DNA of 62,000 bases from Vicugna vicugna (GCA_013265495.1 MU058065.1:951527-1013526), one strand, 5' to 3'; counted from the stretch's first letter, positions 1-13,459 are shown. Made by a program: numbers and translations. Notes: generated by a model from the letters alone, not told the origin.

Positions 1-406
1 GAAGTAAGCCAGAAAGAGAAAGAAAAATACCATATGAGATCGCTCATATGTGGAATCTAAAAAAACCAAAAACCAAAACCAAACAAACAAACAAAAACAA
101 AGCATAAATACAGGACAGAAATAGACTCATGGACAGAGAATACAGACTTGTGGTTACCAGGGGGGGTAAAGGGTGGGAAGGAATAGACTGGGATTTCAAA
201 ATTGTAGAATAGATAAATAAGATTACACTGTATAGCACAGGGAAATATACACAAAATGTTATGATAAATCACAGAGAAAAAAATGTGACAATGAGTGTGT
301 ATATGTCCATGAATGACTGAAAAATTGTGCTGAACACTGGAATTTGACACAACATTGTAAAATGATTATAAATCAATTAAAAATGTTAAAAAAATAAATA
401 AATAAA
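1..406 (+). mobile_element. LINE-1 3' end, young camelid-type subfamily, cut by window start
   Basis: ORF2 end (gaagtaagccagaaagagaaagaaaaataccatatg...tggaatctaa), then L1 3'UTR and A-rich tail. Closely similar to the copies at 2170-2895 and 25160-25490. Confidence 0.9.
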
Positions 407-830
407 TTGTATTCACTTTAAACCTGACTTTCTCCCAACCACTGAGGAAAACAACTTTTTCCTAAAGCAGAGAATTGATGAGAGACACATCACCACTGTC
501 TCTCTTGTTCAACTCTGAATTCCAGTTTATAATTGATTTCTAGGAATCATAAAACAAAAAACATGAGTAGCACACTTTACACTGCGTCATTCGCACACAT
601 TATCCCTTGTTTCTTTTCAGTGCTATATGAAGTTTTGAGGTGTAGTCAACTTTCCCAGGTTAGAAATTTACAAACTAAGACCAAGGGGTATGAAAAGAAA
701 TGCCCAAGGTGACATTACAAGGAGAGGGAAGAGTGGACATCACTTGAGTTTTCTGACACCAGAGACTAAAATTCATCTAACACTAAGTGGGGAATAAATG
801 GGGAAGAGTTGGGTTTCTCTGAAATTACAT

Positions 831-864
831 ACACACACACACACATGCGCACACACACACACAC
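831..864. repeat. (CA)n microsatellite, interrupted
   Basis: Directly visible. Confidence 0.95.
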
Positions 865-1019
865 AAGCCCATTAACAATCCACTCATAATGAAAGGAAAA
901 AGAAACTTTTCTGTCTCTAGAAAAAGAGCTGGAGAATTCATTCAACAAATATTTACTGAGCCCTTACCGCGTGTCTAGCTATTTTCCCATCACCCAACCA
1001 CCTTGACCTGGCTTCTCTG

Positions 1020-1200
1020 ACAGACTCTTCATAAAGTTGAGTCCACAGACCACTTGCTCAGAAATACTGGTAAAGTCTGTGAAAAAAAAAATTTTTGTGT
1101 CACATCAGAATCCATGAGGTTGGAAGTGGAGAATATGCACTTTTAACATATATGCTGGGTAGCATGAATTTTAGATGGTAAAGCTTGAAAATCCTGGTTT
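1020..1200. mobile_element. MER5-like hAT-Charlie relic
   Basis: Degenerate match to recalled MER5 motifs (tcagaatc...gaatatgcacttttaaca...agcttgaaaatcctg). Confidence 0.45.
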
Positions 1201-1333
1201 ACAAATCTTGACTCAGACTCCCAAATAAGTTGGAATTTATCCTTTTCTCATTTCCCATACACAAGGTAAATACTGCCAGAGAAATGAGTGCCACTTTCGC
1301 TCTCAATTATTAGCTTTGAAATAATATTTTCCA

Positions 1334-1460
1334 GGGGGAAGGTATAACCCAGTGGTAGAGCACATGCCTCGCATGCGCAAGGTCTTAGGTTCAATCCCCA
1401 GTACCTCCTCTAAAAATAAGTCAATAAACCTAATTACCACCACCACCACCCCAGAAAAGA
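1334..1460 (+). mobile_element. tRNA-derived SINE, camelid Vic-1 type
   Basis: ggggaaggtataacccagtggtagagcacatgcc...ggttcaatccccagtacctcc, with A box and B box. Flanked by target-site duplication gaaataa(t/c)attttcc at 1318-1332 and 1467-1481. Confidence 0.85.
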
Positions 1461-2169
1461 ATTAGCGAAATAACATTTTCCCTCTGAAGCAATGACATGA
1501 TTGGTGCTGATAATTGAGAACCATGGGATCAAGTACCTAAGTATAGGAAAATCTGGTTGTGTTTGTTAGAGAAATCTACCAGGGTGGTCCAACTATGAGG
1601 TTTTTTTTTCTTTTTTTTTGCTTTGGCAATCATCCCATCAGTTTCTCTGACTAAAGTTAGTGCCTATATTTTAATGACTCATCCTCTTCTACTCTGTCCC
1701 ATGAATTGCTTGTCAGAATTTCTGCTAATTTGGAACATCCCATGTCAAGGGGCAGGTAGTAGATTGTGTGCATGTGCATTTCAAGATGAGCAGATGCAAA
1801 CTCTGAACTACTTGTTCTTTTATAGACCTCTCAGGGTGGCCTTATTTTCCCAACACCTTAAGTTTAAAATCAGAACCCAGACTTCACATTCTTTAATATC
1901 AACTTTAACCTTTAAACTTCCAGAGAATTAAATGAGATAGCAACAAGTATTGACAGAGATCCAGAGTGATGAAATTCTGTGTGCACCCAGAAGGCAAGGG
2001 AAGCTTTTCTTGTTTAGCTTGTGACTATGTGATCTGTGAATTCTGCTCACCAGGGATCTGTTTCTGTGGGGAATGAATCCTTCTTTAAGTCCATGTAAGG
2101 GAAGCAAGGTGCAAAGAATTCAAGAAGGTCAAGAACTGGTTAGGTCTGTAAAAAAAAGGCCAAATTCTT

Positions 2170-2895
2170 TTTTTTTAACATTTTTTATTGATTTATAATC
2201 ACTTTACAATGTTGTGTCAAATTCCAGTGTAGAGCACAATCTTTCAGTTATATGTGAACATACAGATATTCATTGTCACATTCCTTTCTCTGTGAGCTAC
2301 CATAAGATCTTGTATATATTTCCCTGTGCTATACAGTATAATCTTGTTTATCTATTCTACAATTTTGAAATCCCAGTCTATCCCTTCCCACCCTCTGCCC
2401 CCTTGGCAACCACAAGTTTATATTCTATGTCTATGAGTCTGTTTCTGTTTTGTATTTATGCTTTGTTTGTGGTTTGTTTTTTTTTTTTAGATTCCACATA
2501 TGAGCAATCTCACATGGTATTGTTCTTTCTCTTTCTGGCTTACTTCACTTAGAATGACATTCTCCAGGAGCATCCATGTTGCTGCAAATGGTGCTATGTT
2601 GTCGGTTTTTATGGCTGAGTAGTATTCCATTGTATAAATATAGCACATCTTCTTTATCCAGTCATCTGTTGATGGACATTTAGGTTGTTTCCATGTCTTG
2701 CTATTGTAAATAGTGCTGCTATGAACACTGGAGGGCAGGTGTCATTTTGAAGTAGGGTTCCTTCTGGATATATGACCAGGAGTGGGATTCCTGAGTCATA
2801 GGGTAAGTCTATTCCTAGTCTTTTGAGGAATCTCCATACTGTTTTCCCCAGTGGCTGCACCAAACTGCATTCCCACTAGCAATGAAGGAGGGTTC
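2170..2895 (-). mobile_element. 5'-truncated LINE-1 with 17-bp target-site duplication
   Basis: Poly-T at the left end. ORF2 C-terminal peptide VQPLGKTVWRFLKRLGIDLPYDSGIPLL. TSD aaaaaggccaaattctt at 2153-2169 and 2896-2912. Confidence 0.95.
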
Positions 2896-3219
2896 AAAAA
2901 GGCCAAATTCTTGCAATCAATCTGAGACAGAACTAATAGACTAACAACTATTCATTAATATTAGTAACCCTTACGTTCTTTTTTGCAATATGAAATATGG
3001 CTTCTTTTCCACCTCAGAGTTCCAGTTACACATCCACTGTTTGAGGTGGGAGGCGAGTTTGGCAGGGAGGGCTAATAGAGAGAAATACAAGAGCTGTTTA
3101 CCAATGCACAGGATGCAGAATATTTTAAGGCATGGAGAAGGAATACTTTCTAAAGTTCTCCGTTTAGGGTCAGGAATTTATGTTGCATTGTGATATAATT
3201 GCTGATGAGCATATCCAAC

Positions 3220-3433
3220 CTGGTACTTCTTAACCTCACTATTATTGCAATCAGATCATTTTTGGTTGCCGGGGGCTGCCCTGTGTGTTCTGGGATGTTT
3301 AGCAGCATCTTTGGTCTCTATCTATTAAATTCCAATGCACCTCTTTTCCCTCATGACAATAAAAAAAATCATCAGATATTTTCAAATGTCCCCTGATAGG
3401 GAGGTGGGAATCACCCGCTACTGAGAACCACTG
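3220..3433 (-). mobile_element. MER20 hAT-Charlie DNA transposon
   Basis: gggggctgccctgtg...ggatgtttagcagcatc...aaatgtcccctg...tgagaaccactg matches the recalled MER20 consensus in reverse. Confidence 0.8.
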
Positions 3434-3918
3434 AGCTAGTGGGACTGGATCTGCCACGTGCATCACGCTCCATATGTGAGGTGGCACCCAGCCTCTGCCC
3501 AGGCCACATTGCCCCACTCACAAGGGGTAACTGCTGGGATCCAGCCCTGTCAGTTCCATTGTCACTGCTCTGGAGCTCCAGATGGCATCCTCTTCACACT
3601 GTATTAGAGGTGAAAACTCTTACTAAAAGGCTGATGTGGGGGAAGTTATTGCTACAACTGAACACAAAACAGGAAGCAAATTAATATTGAACACTTGACA
3701 TCAGAATGAATTAAATATATTGGCCAACTGTGTTACTCACAAGCTATTTTTCTCCTACCATGGTCTGGGCTCCCTGCCTTGTCCTGAGAGGTCTTCTCTG
3801 GCTGGCTCTTGTCTCCTGACCCAGTTGATGAATTGCTCCCAAATTTACTTGCTACCATCACATGTCTACACAGACCAATTTAGCTCTGAGCCTCAAGCTT
3901 CTGGACTTACCTTTGCTG

Positions 3919-3942
3919 TACACACACACACACACACGCACA
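3919..3942. repeat. (CA)n microsatellite
   Basis: Directly visible. Confidence 0.9.
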
Positions 3943-5409
3943 AACTTACGTTAGCATATATGTGTTAGCATGCATGCATTTGCATAGAAGAATATGTATG
4001 TGCACACAGTCGTACAGAAATAAAGCCATTTTTCTAAACCAAAAGAAAATATACCCCTGACCTTCACCTCCATGCGATATAGCTCAGGCACATTTTCTCA
4101 CAAACCTCCATCTCCTATCAAGCAGTGGAAAGTTCAGGAATTAAGCAAGAAGTGATAAATGCTTGGGTTACCTTAGTGTGGCAGTTGGCTTTTTATCTCT
4201 TCTACACTTAACCCTCTGCCTACCCAGGTTAAGTCAGTAGAAAGCATTTTTTCTATGATTCAGTGTAAAGCAAGGGATGGAGACACACTGGTAGCTTCGT
4301 ATGGGACAGACACTGTAGAAACAAGAGGTTCGTCCTCACTGTGTACAAGTTTCATTGTCACTTAAGTGACAATGCATCAAAGTCAAACTATATGACCTCT
4401 GTAAGTTCCTTATGCCCTTTTCCTTCTTCATATCAAGATCCAAAGTGTCCCCTCCTCCCATGGAGCAGGGCTCTGGGTGGGACTAGGAAAATGCCTGAGA
4501 CCCTGGATGCTGGATAAGCTGGGGCAGGACCTCACAGAGAGGAAAGAGGCCAAAGAGAAAGATAGAGACACGCAGAAATGATGATCCCTGCTCACCACAC
4601 GTCCTGCAAATGGTTTCCCTGCAATCAAATGCTCAGACCACAGATCTACCGACATAACTTAAGGAGAAGTAGTATGTAAAAATAAATACAAGAGAATAAA
4701 ATTGAAAAAATAAGCAGACCTTGTATGGGTTGGATATATTGCCTCAACTGGAAATAAACTTCCAAATTTTACCTGGAACACTGTCTTCTGGAGCAATGTA
4801 AAACAGGTATTTTCTATAACTAAGGGTTATTTCTGGGATCATGTCAATTGACTTTACATTATACTTAGAGTATCCCAGGCTAGTCTGCAATTTCTTATGC
4901 CATATTGGGATATCCAAGAACTGGGACATTATTAACAGTCCCCATACTACTGATGATTAATTAAACAAATAATGAAAGGATTTTGATTATTTTAGGCTAC
5001 TCTATAATAAATCCAGAGCGTAACATCATTTCTAATTGGGTCTAATGGCATTGACTTGAGTTTTATTGTGTCTTCAATAATTTTTTATTTGAAATGCTGG
5101 AAGAACTTTCTCTACTCAAAACAATAGTATGTGTTCCCCCAAGGAGGTGTGTTTTAGGCAAAGGAGAGAGGATTACGCCACGGATGTGAATTGGTCGGCG
5201 CAAATTTCCAGGCAGCTACGTCTGTGTCTGGTGGTTGTTTTGCCTTCTCATTTAGCAGACTACAGTTATTAAACTCAGGCTCTATGCTTTAGAACTTCGA
5301 AGTCCCAAATATTCCCTCACTGTTGTTGGAGAGGGGTCTAAACTGCACATTTGGAAAAAAAAATCACAAATAAGCTTTATCTCAGACTAACTCACAGGTT
5401 AGCCAAGAA

Positions 5410-5545
5410 ATTTATATGTGTGTGTATATGTTTATTAAAGAATAAATATATACTTGCATATATATGTATATAAAGCATATATTGTATATACACACATTAT
5501 ACATACATATTATATATGCATGTGTAATAAGCATATATACATAGA
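5410..5545. repeat. TA/TG/CA low-complexity tract
   Basis: Directly visible. Confidence 0.8.
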
Positions 5546-7019
5546 CTTACATTTAAGTGATGTTTGTGCATGTGTAACATATGACAGCTGCATTTTGCTC
5601 GTATGATGTGACACAAGCTACTGTCTGAACAACTTCAAGTCAGAAAAACTTACACCAATAAATAGCCTGTGGGGTATGTACTCCTCATGGAAATAACCCA
5701 GAATCCCTGTTGTGTGAGAAAAGAGCCCAAGTCTTAATACAGTATCTAACAGTGGAGTACAGGTTGAACGTCAAGAACTATGATGAGCAGGGCTGATTTT
5801 AGAAGCCTTGTTAAGTACTGAAGTCTTTGACGCTTTCCCTTGTTTCTTTCTGCTGTGTGTTCCCCTTCTTTTCTCTATGTTAGAGGTCCAGCCTGCCTGA
5901 CGCCTTTTCTCCCAGCGCCTGCATCCTCCCTGCTTACAGGATCTCACAAGAAGACTAACTACTGGCCCTTTAGCTTTAAGCCAGAGCTTCCTGTCCTCAA
6001 ACTTGGGAATGGTCTGTCCAAACGCCTTCTGGATCTCCCCATCTGCATGCCCTACAGCCTCCAAAATCGACTCTTTCAAGATCTTTCTAACCATGTATCA
6101 TCTACTGCTCCCTTCCTAGAAACAGGCATCACCAAAGTCAGTGAAAGCTTGTCAAGGTTAATTTTAAATAGTACATGTAATGAAAATAATAAATAAATGA
6201 CTCGCTCTCTAAAGAGCACAGTTCACCCCCTTCCCAAGGGAGGCTCTCCTGCCATGGTGGCCCTGGTTTTCCCTGGCTCCATGGTTGCCTTCCTTAATCC
6301 ACTATCCATGTGCTGCCAAACAGCTATCAAAACTAAAATGAACAAATCTGTATCTTTCCTCTGCTTCAGCCCTTCCATGGCGTGTACATGGCTTAAAGCC
6401 TGGTTTCTCCCGTACCCAGCCAAACCCTCTGCAAGCAGGCTGCATACCCTCTTCCCTTCCTGGCTTGACCAAAGCAGTGTCCAGTTTATGGAAGAGGCCA
6501 TTTTATGTTGCTACTACCAGCATAAAAGGAAAAGGGAAAAGACTCTTTTAGCGAAATGGTTCACACTTTTTCCAAGGACCGGCCACTCTTGGCTAGATAA
6601 AAGCTGCTTGAAATTGAGGAAACTCAGTAAACTGTTATTTCTTTGCCTCTTCTCCTTGCAGAGAGTCACAGCTGCAGAGTGTGGGATGCCCCAGGTCAGG
6701 GCAGGGGTGGAGACAGTGAGGAAAGGGCCCCAGAGGAGAGAGAGCCCATTTGGAAGCAATGCTGGAGGGTAGAAAGTTAGGCCCCACCTCAGGATCCAAG
6801 CAGTGGGTGAGGACAGCTGAAGAAGGTCCCTGAGAGATCCTCTACTCCCTGCCCACAGAGAACTCTGTCTGGTCCACACCTGAAGTAAAATCCCATTTTC
6901 TGCATCCTTTGATAATCCATGTGTGAAAGATACATAGAGCATCTTTTTGGGGGAAAGAGGAGGTTGAGATAGGCCACTCTATAGTGTCAAGGATACAGGA
7001 AAGGCGTGGTACACTTTTG

Positions 7020-7480
7020 AAATCATTCAAGAATCCTAAGATGCCTTAAAAAGCTTTCCATATCACCGTCTCTCTCTGCTTCTGAAGACTAATTTTCTGG
7101 CTCCTGCTGCTTGATAGTTTAGTGGCTCTCAATACACCTGAACTCCAGTGTTCAAACACCTGCTGTTATCTGTGCTTTTGCTCGTGTGTCCCTTTGCCTG
7201 AAATGTCCTTTGTTTCTACCCCCTGCTCTGTACTGCTAAACTCTGCTCATCACTTAAGGTGACAGGAGTGGTTACTTCACATTTTCTCTCAACTTGAGTT
7301 CAGTGTTCCCTACTATTCACGTCTCAATAAATACACATATTGTAATATAATTGCAAGTAGATATATTTATCCCTTCCACCAAGTTGAGCTATGAGTAGCT
7401 GGAATAACTGTATACTATTAATCTTTCAGGTATCTCCTCCAGCCCCCACTGGATAGTCAGTAAACATTTATTGAAGAAGA
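7020..7480 (+). mobile_element. LINE-2 3' fragment
   Basis: ctttgctcgtgtgtccctttgcctgaaatgtcctt core and terminal tcagtaaacatttattgaa. Confidence 0.6.
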
Positions 7481-8505
7481 AAATACTAGTTATAAATATT
7501 CTGGGTTAGTTTTTCTTAGAATAAATAAATGGAAGTTTCTTTTCATTATAAACGAAGTTTGATTTTTATGGTGTTATGGCAGGGCAAGTTTTTTCTGGCA
7601 CCACTAAAATGTCGCCATGACACAGATTGATTGTTGATAAGGAGATGTCTGGCAACTTCAAGTGCTCTTCAAGTGATGCTGATTCTTTACCTGGGGCCAG
7701 GGCATCCCGAGATGCTCATGCTCCCCTTGGAAATCTGCCAAAAGCACACCTGAAACTGGGTTTTTGCCACACCTGCTTCACCTGCTTTCTGGGGCTATGA
7801 TTAAAATCTTTGATATACTAAGAGTCAAGTGTAAATAACACTATGAAATGTGGGTGTCTTCAAGGAAGCATTTGTTCCCAAGGGTCTGCAAGCAATGTCT
7901 TTGTTCTGACAGCCTACAAATCTCAGCACAACTAAGTTATTTATGTGAAAAATTAAACATCTGGTCCCTAGGAAGAGTGATTTTTTTTCTGTCTCTTTAT
8001 ACAAGAAATGTATTTTTGAGCTTTCTTATAACTTAGCCCTGACACTGAAAATTGTTTTTTCCTATGTTATATTATGAGCCCATGCCCGGTTGTCAAATTC
8101 TACTTAAATATTTAAGTATGGAATACAGCAGATTATGTTTGTTGCACACTTTGGTGAATATCACCTATCATGTTAAAGTTACTTAATCCAATCCGATGAT
8201 AAATCACCAGCTGCCTTCTTGTGTGATGAAGGTTTTTCTGGATGAGATCATGAACCCATGATTGGAGCAAACTGTCTATGTAATCCATCCTCAGATAGTT
8301 TGCATATTTGTAAATTAAGGAGTAGAAGCCTAGTTTAAAACATTGGAAGAGAAGTCACAGGGAGCATTCCCTGAGTGGCATCAGTGACAGTATCAGGGCA
8401 AAGGGGAAACAAAGTTGATCACTCAGTCACTCTGCTTTGATTCTCAAACACCAGCTTCGGGGAGTTTTCTGCAAGGCCTTGACAACATTGTAATTTACAT
8501 ATGGC

Positions 8506-9140
8506 TCATTTGTTCACGCACGCTCACCCTTACTATGTGTCGAGTGGTTTCCCAGGAACTGAAAATGTAGCAGTGAGCAAAACGGACAGGGTCCCTGCAC
8601 CCGTGGAGTTTGAATTCTAGTGTGGGATATCAGAAAAATAAACGAAGAACAGTATTTCTGACAAGCACATTTAAGAAAACAGACACAGTGATGACGTAGA
8701 GTGTTACTCGGAGCAGAAGGGAAGGACCAAACATCAAATGAGACTCTCGGAGAAGGCCATGACGGTGACTCCTGAGCTCAGATCTGAAAGATGAGAACAA
8801 ACAGTTGCTGAGAAGCATCTGAAGAAGAGAAAGCAGCAAGCACTAGTGCACTGAGGGAGAGTTAAACTTGGCAGAAATCGGATCACTACGACTGAACCTC
8901 AGTGATCGGGAACAGATGGGAAATGATAAGGGCACATGGAGATTTATGGATTTAAAAAAGAAATTGGATTTTATGCCAAAGGCAAGAAGCTATAGTAAGA
9001 GCATGTCATTCTGTGGCTTGAAGATCAGAATCCAGTTTTTGGCAGTGTAGAAGGAATTCCCTTCTACACTGGTGATCTTCAAGCCACAGAATGACATGCT
9101 CTTACTAGTACTTGTGAAAGCTCACTCTTCCTGCCAATGT
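8506..9140 (-). mobile_element. LINE-2 3' fragment, interrupted by a ~76-bp insertion at ~8993-9068
   Basis: cttactatgtgtc...gcagtgagcaaaacggacagggtccctgcacccgtggagttt...; L2-like sequence resumes after the insertion (tgacatgctct...aagctcactct). Confidence 0.75.
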
Positions 9141-10049
9141 TAAGGTCCAAACAGAACATCCAGAGCAATAATATTTTACTTTACTTTATTTCTGGCCGAC
9201 TAATTTATAAACCCATGGCGCATTAAGTGTAATTAGTAGCTTGAATTGTGACTTCGTTTTTGAAAACTATCTTTGTATTTAATTTTTATTTTCAGTCATC
9301 ATCATAATTATTAATGCTATCTATAATTATTAGGGAATTCCTTCTACACTGCCAAAAACTGGATTCTAAATAACTGGAGTTTTACTGTACTTTTGTTCCC
9401 CAGAATATGGGCCTTAATATCTTTAATATTTCAACTCTATATATAATAGAATTATATTTCTATTATAATTTCCCTTTTTTGCCTATCAATGGATGTTAAT
9501 TTTTATATAAAAACAAAGCAGTATTTGAGCTAATATAAAATATTTCAAGTTTTTCAAAATCCTTTCAAAGTGACTGACCACTGAAAATACAGGGCTAACC
9601 TCTCAAATTGCCAAAGCTCAGACCAAGCAATAAACTTGATTCAAGAAAAAATAATTGACAGGGCAATAGGTTATACACTTATATAAAGAAACGTTATTCA
9701 ATATTGGATTTTGTGTTGAAAAATGTGTGTAAAGTTCAGAAATGAAAAATACTGCTCTTTCACTGCATTTTTCTGTTTTTAATTTAAAAAATAGTTCAAA
9801 CTTATTATTAGGAGTAAGGAAGAGCTAGAAAATGATACTGGTATGGAAGGGAAAAGAAAATAATACTAGTAAATCAAAGATATTTATCTTAAAACCTCTG
9901 TCACCTTGATCACTATATCCTGTAACAGGAAAGAAAATATCAGGAGACTTAGAAAGTCAAAAAGTAAAAGGTCCCAGGTTGTTTTGTTTTGAATATATAT
10001 ATTCATATATTGTTTTGAATATATGTGTGTATATATATATATATATAAA

Positions 10050-10444
10050 GAGAGAGAGAGAGATTTATTATAAGGAATTGCCTTATATGATTTTGGAGGC
10101 TGACAAGTCCCAAGTCTGCAGTTGGTAACTGGAGTCTCAGGAGAACCAATGTTTCAGTTCAAGTCTGAAGACAGGAAAAATGGATGTCCGAAATCAAAGG
10201 TAGTCAGATAGGAGCTGATCTTTCTTACTTGAGGAAAGGCCAGTCTTTTTGTTCTATTCAGGTCTTCAACTGATTGGATGAGACCCACCCACACTGGGGT
10301 GGGCAATCTGCTTTATTCAGTCTACCAATTTAAATGTCAAACTCATCCAAAACCAACCTCACAGAAACACCCAAATTAATGTTTGATCTAATATCTGGGC
10401 ATCTCATGATCCACTTAAGTTGACACATAAAATTAACCATCACA
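10050..10444 (-). mobile_element. MLT2 (ERVL) LTR, preceded by (TA)n(GA)n
   Basis: gagatttattataaggaattg...tgattggatgagacccaccca...aagttgacacataaaattaaccatcaca, the reverse complement of the MLT2 5' end. Confidence 0.85.
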
Positions 10445-10469
10445 AGTGATACTTAAAGCTTAGGCCAGA

Positions 10470-10880
10470 ATTCACTTATCTATTCATCCTACCAACATTT
10501 ATTGATACCCTGATAAGCATCAGGTCTACTCTAGATGCTGGGAATTCAATGAGATATAATAAATAATCTCTGACTTCAATGGATTCAAAGGCCCTTGGGA
10601 AACAAGAAAATACAAATGCAACCAAAATGCAGTGAGAGGTTACCAAAAGGAATGGGTTGGAAATACAGCCTGAAATTGCAAGCCTTGAGTGGGTATTCGA
10701 GAGATTTAACTTTAAAATTTAGAGAATGGTAATGAGGTTATCTTCAAAGAGGAAATAAGGCTTCCAGAAAGAGGAAGTGTTCTGTCTAAAGAAATGTGTA
10801 GCATCAGAAAGGACACAGTGGGGAATGCAAGGGGACTGGGGAGCCAAGAGAAGACTGAGTGATCAGGAAAAGTTCAAGTG
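10470..10880 (-). mobile_element. LINE-2 3' fragment
   Basis: attca...caacatttattga...tctagatgctggga motif. Confidence 0.55.
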
Positions 10881-12904
10881 GCTGTGGGAGTTTATGTCAT
10901 AAAAGACTACATGCACTGAGCATCGCTCCTTGATTGTAACCACAAGCCAAGCATGGAGTTTTCATTGGATGAAAGGGAACTCAACAGCTCACACAGACTC
11001 TTACTCCATTTTCAGAAAACTTTAGCTACTTTTTGCTTGCGTCTTGCCAAAATCTTTTTTGTTGTTGTTGTCACCAACTGTTAACACTTATTCTGCCTTT
11101 TGATCACTTGTTTTGTCAAACAATCAGCCTTGAAATTTATTATCATCACTTTTTTTTTCAGCCCATTAATTAAGTGCCAGTCATGTCAGGTACAGTGCGA
11201 TGAAGTGGTAGATTACAGTGGACATAACAGATGCGGTCCATGAGGAAAATGAAGCTGAAAGTCTTCTAGGGAAGAAGGAAAATAGAGAACCATAAATACA
11301 AATATACAATTTTCAAAGTGATTCCTGCAATGAATGCGAAGTTTGGCTATGAGACGGTTATCAAGACTAAAGACAAGCCTCGACAACAGAATCCCAGGGA
11401 GACCTACGGAAATCTTAGGCTATTTCATCTCGCAGAACCAGTGACATAATTGCTAAGGTCCAAACCAACTCACAGGCCTGCTTTAAAGTACACATAAACC
11501 CATGGTCTTGTCCAGGCACAACCTATTATTGTAAATGTCATCTCCACCTGGAAACAAGAAATACATTTTAAGTTCTTTCTTGATTTCATGATCTGACTCA
11601 TTCATTAATTGCTTCTGCTTGTTATCAGTCACTGATTGAACCACTCCCTCTTCTGCATTTTGTTTATTTGACTTAGAAATTATATCCTGAGCCTATGTTG
11701 TCAAAATCCAAGAAGAGGCATAAGGAGTAAGAATAAAGTTTGTCACAGTTTTCTGCCTCTAGGCAATTAGATTTTTATAGCATCTTCCTATAACTAAATG
11801 AGAAACATAAATTCTATAATTGAAATGAGATGAACTCATTTGCCTACCTGAAGACCAAGCTGTTTTTCTTCATTCCAATGCCACTCAGAGGCTCCCGACA
11901 CCCCAAAACTCAAATGGAAAGCAACAGATGTGCACTTCCAGCCTTTAGTGAATTACCACCAAAATGGTTTTAATATTGAAAGGATGAGGGGGAATAAAAG
12001 AAACCCAGAAGCTGGCAGCTGGTTCATACCCACCAACCTCTGGTCCAGTTCTCCTGGTTGGCCCTGGTATTAACAACATTTGCAAGCTGCAGTAATTGCA
12101 GCCCAAACAATGTGTTGAGGACTCCCCTTATCTGCCTTGCACATACAGTCAGATCTTGCCACAGAGTTCCTCTACTAGCCCTACTGCTGCTGCTGGATGG
12201 CAGCCAACACCACTCACCATCCCGCATTAATCACACACCCGCTTCCAGCTGCCGGGGCTTCAGCCCCCTCTGCTTTAGAAAAATCTGCCTTCACAGCATC
12301 CATGCCCCCCGGGTGATGTGACCACTACCCTTTGCAACTCCTGGGGAGCCGGGATCCTTGTATCATTCCTGTAGCAAGAACAAATAAAGGCTGAAAAGGA
12401 GACGAATGTTTAGGGATGAACGCTTGTAATAGAGAAAAACCCTTTCACACGGTGGATTACAATAGATAAAACATTGAACACCCAAGTGTTGGCTACAATT
12501 TTGCATTTGCCTATTACCTATTTTAAGATTACCTATGCATTTAAATATACTAGGGATTGAAGAGGTTAATTTTAAAATGAGAAAACTCAAATACTGCCTG
12601 CAGTTAAATTCAATTAACTGTGTTTAACAGGAGTTCTTGAGCTCAGAATGAACACATATTAATTCATTCATCCATTTAGCCATCCATGTATTAACTCATT
12701 CAACAAATATGTATTTAGAATCAACTGTGGGCATGACTCTATTCTAACCAGGGCCCCGAATATGCTGGGAAAAAATGTTTTTTATTTTTTCATCATATTG
12801 GATTTATATGGCATAGAAAAAGATTATATAAATTTTTAGATGTTTAGGAGCAGAATAAATACTATTTCTGGAATCAAACAACAGACTTATTATGGTTTTA
12901 TAAT

Positions 12905-13310
12905 CTCATTCATTCATTCATTCAATAAACTTGTGTTGAAATCCTGCTATCTATTTGGATCAGGCCCAATTTGTACAAAAAGGATTAATTATCTCAATAA
13001 CTTATTTCAGTAAGTATGAAAGTTTAGCATGGCTTGTCTTGAAGATGTCAATACGGGGACACAATAGATGAGTCACTTTGCCAAGAAGTGGAAACTTTGA
13101 TCTTAGAAAATTGGGAAGCACCGAAGATTTTTATGGAGAAGAGAGATCTGGCTGGGTTAGAAAGATCTGGAGCAAGTGTGAAGGATGATTTAGAGGACTG
13201 GAAGGCTGAGGAGAAGGGAGAAGCCAAGGAGACTGCTGTAATGGGCCATGTGAGAGACAAGAGTCTCAACCAGACACCTGCTGAGGCTGTGGGATGAAGA
13301 GGATGTAAAC
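12905..13310 (-). mobile_element. LINE-2 fragment
   Basis: (cattc)n terminus and purine-rich body (ggaagcaccgaagattttt...ggagactgctgtaatgggccatgtgagaga). Confidence 0.55.
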
Positions 13311-13459
13311 CACACAGAAGAGAGCATGTCTCCATCAACATGGAGATTAAAAGCCTAACTGTAACCCAGCCATGGAAATGTGGGAGTCACCATTATACAG
13401 GCAAGTATAAATCTGTTAAGGGCCAGAAGCACTAGGCAATAAAACCCATTATTCACACA

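Noticed and set aside
1334..1410. tRNA-like sequence with A and B boxes
   Set aside because: It is the head of a SINE with a tail and TSD, not a tRNA gene.
44..2863. Recurrent similar ORFs (MSNSSV..., also at 25235-25441)
   Set aside because: Antisense translations of L1 3'UTR copies and ORF2 remnants, not a gene family.
5771..7030. Cluster of the longest ORFs (up to 191 aa)
   Set aside because: Overlapping on both strands, no recognisable domain, partly L2-derived. Consistent with chance ORFs.
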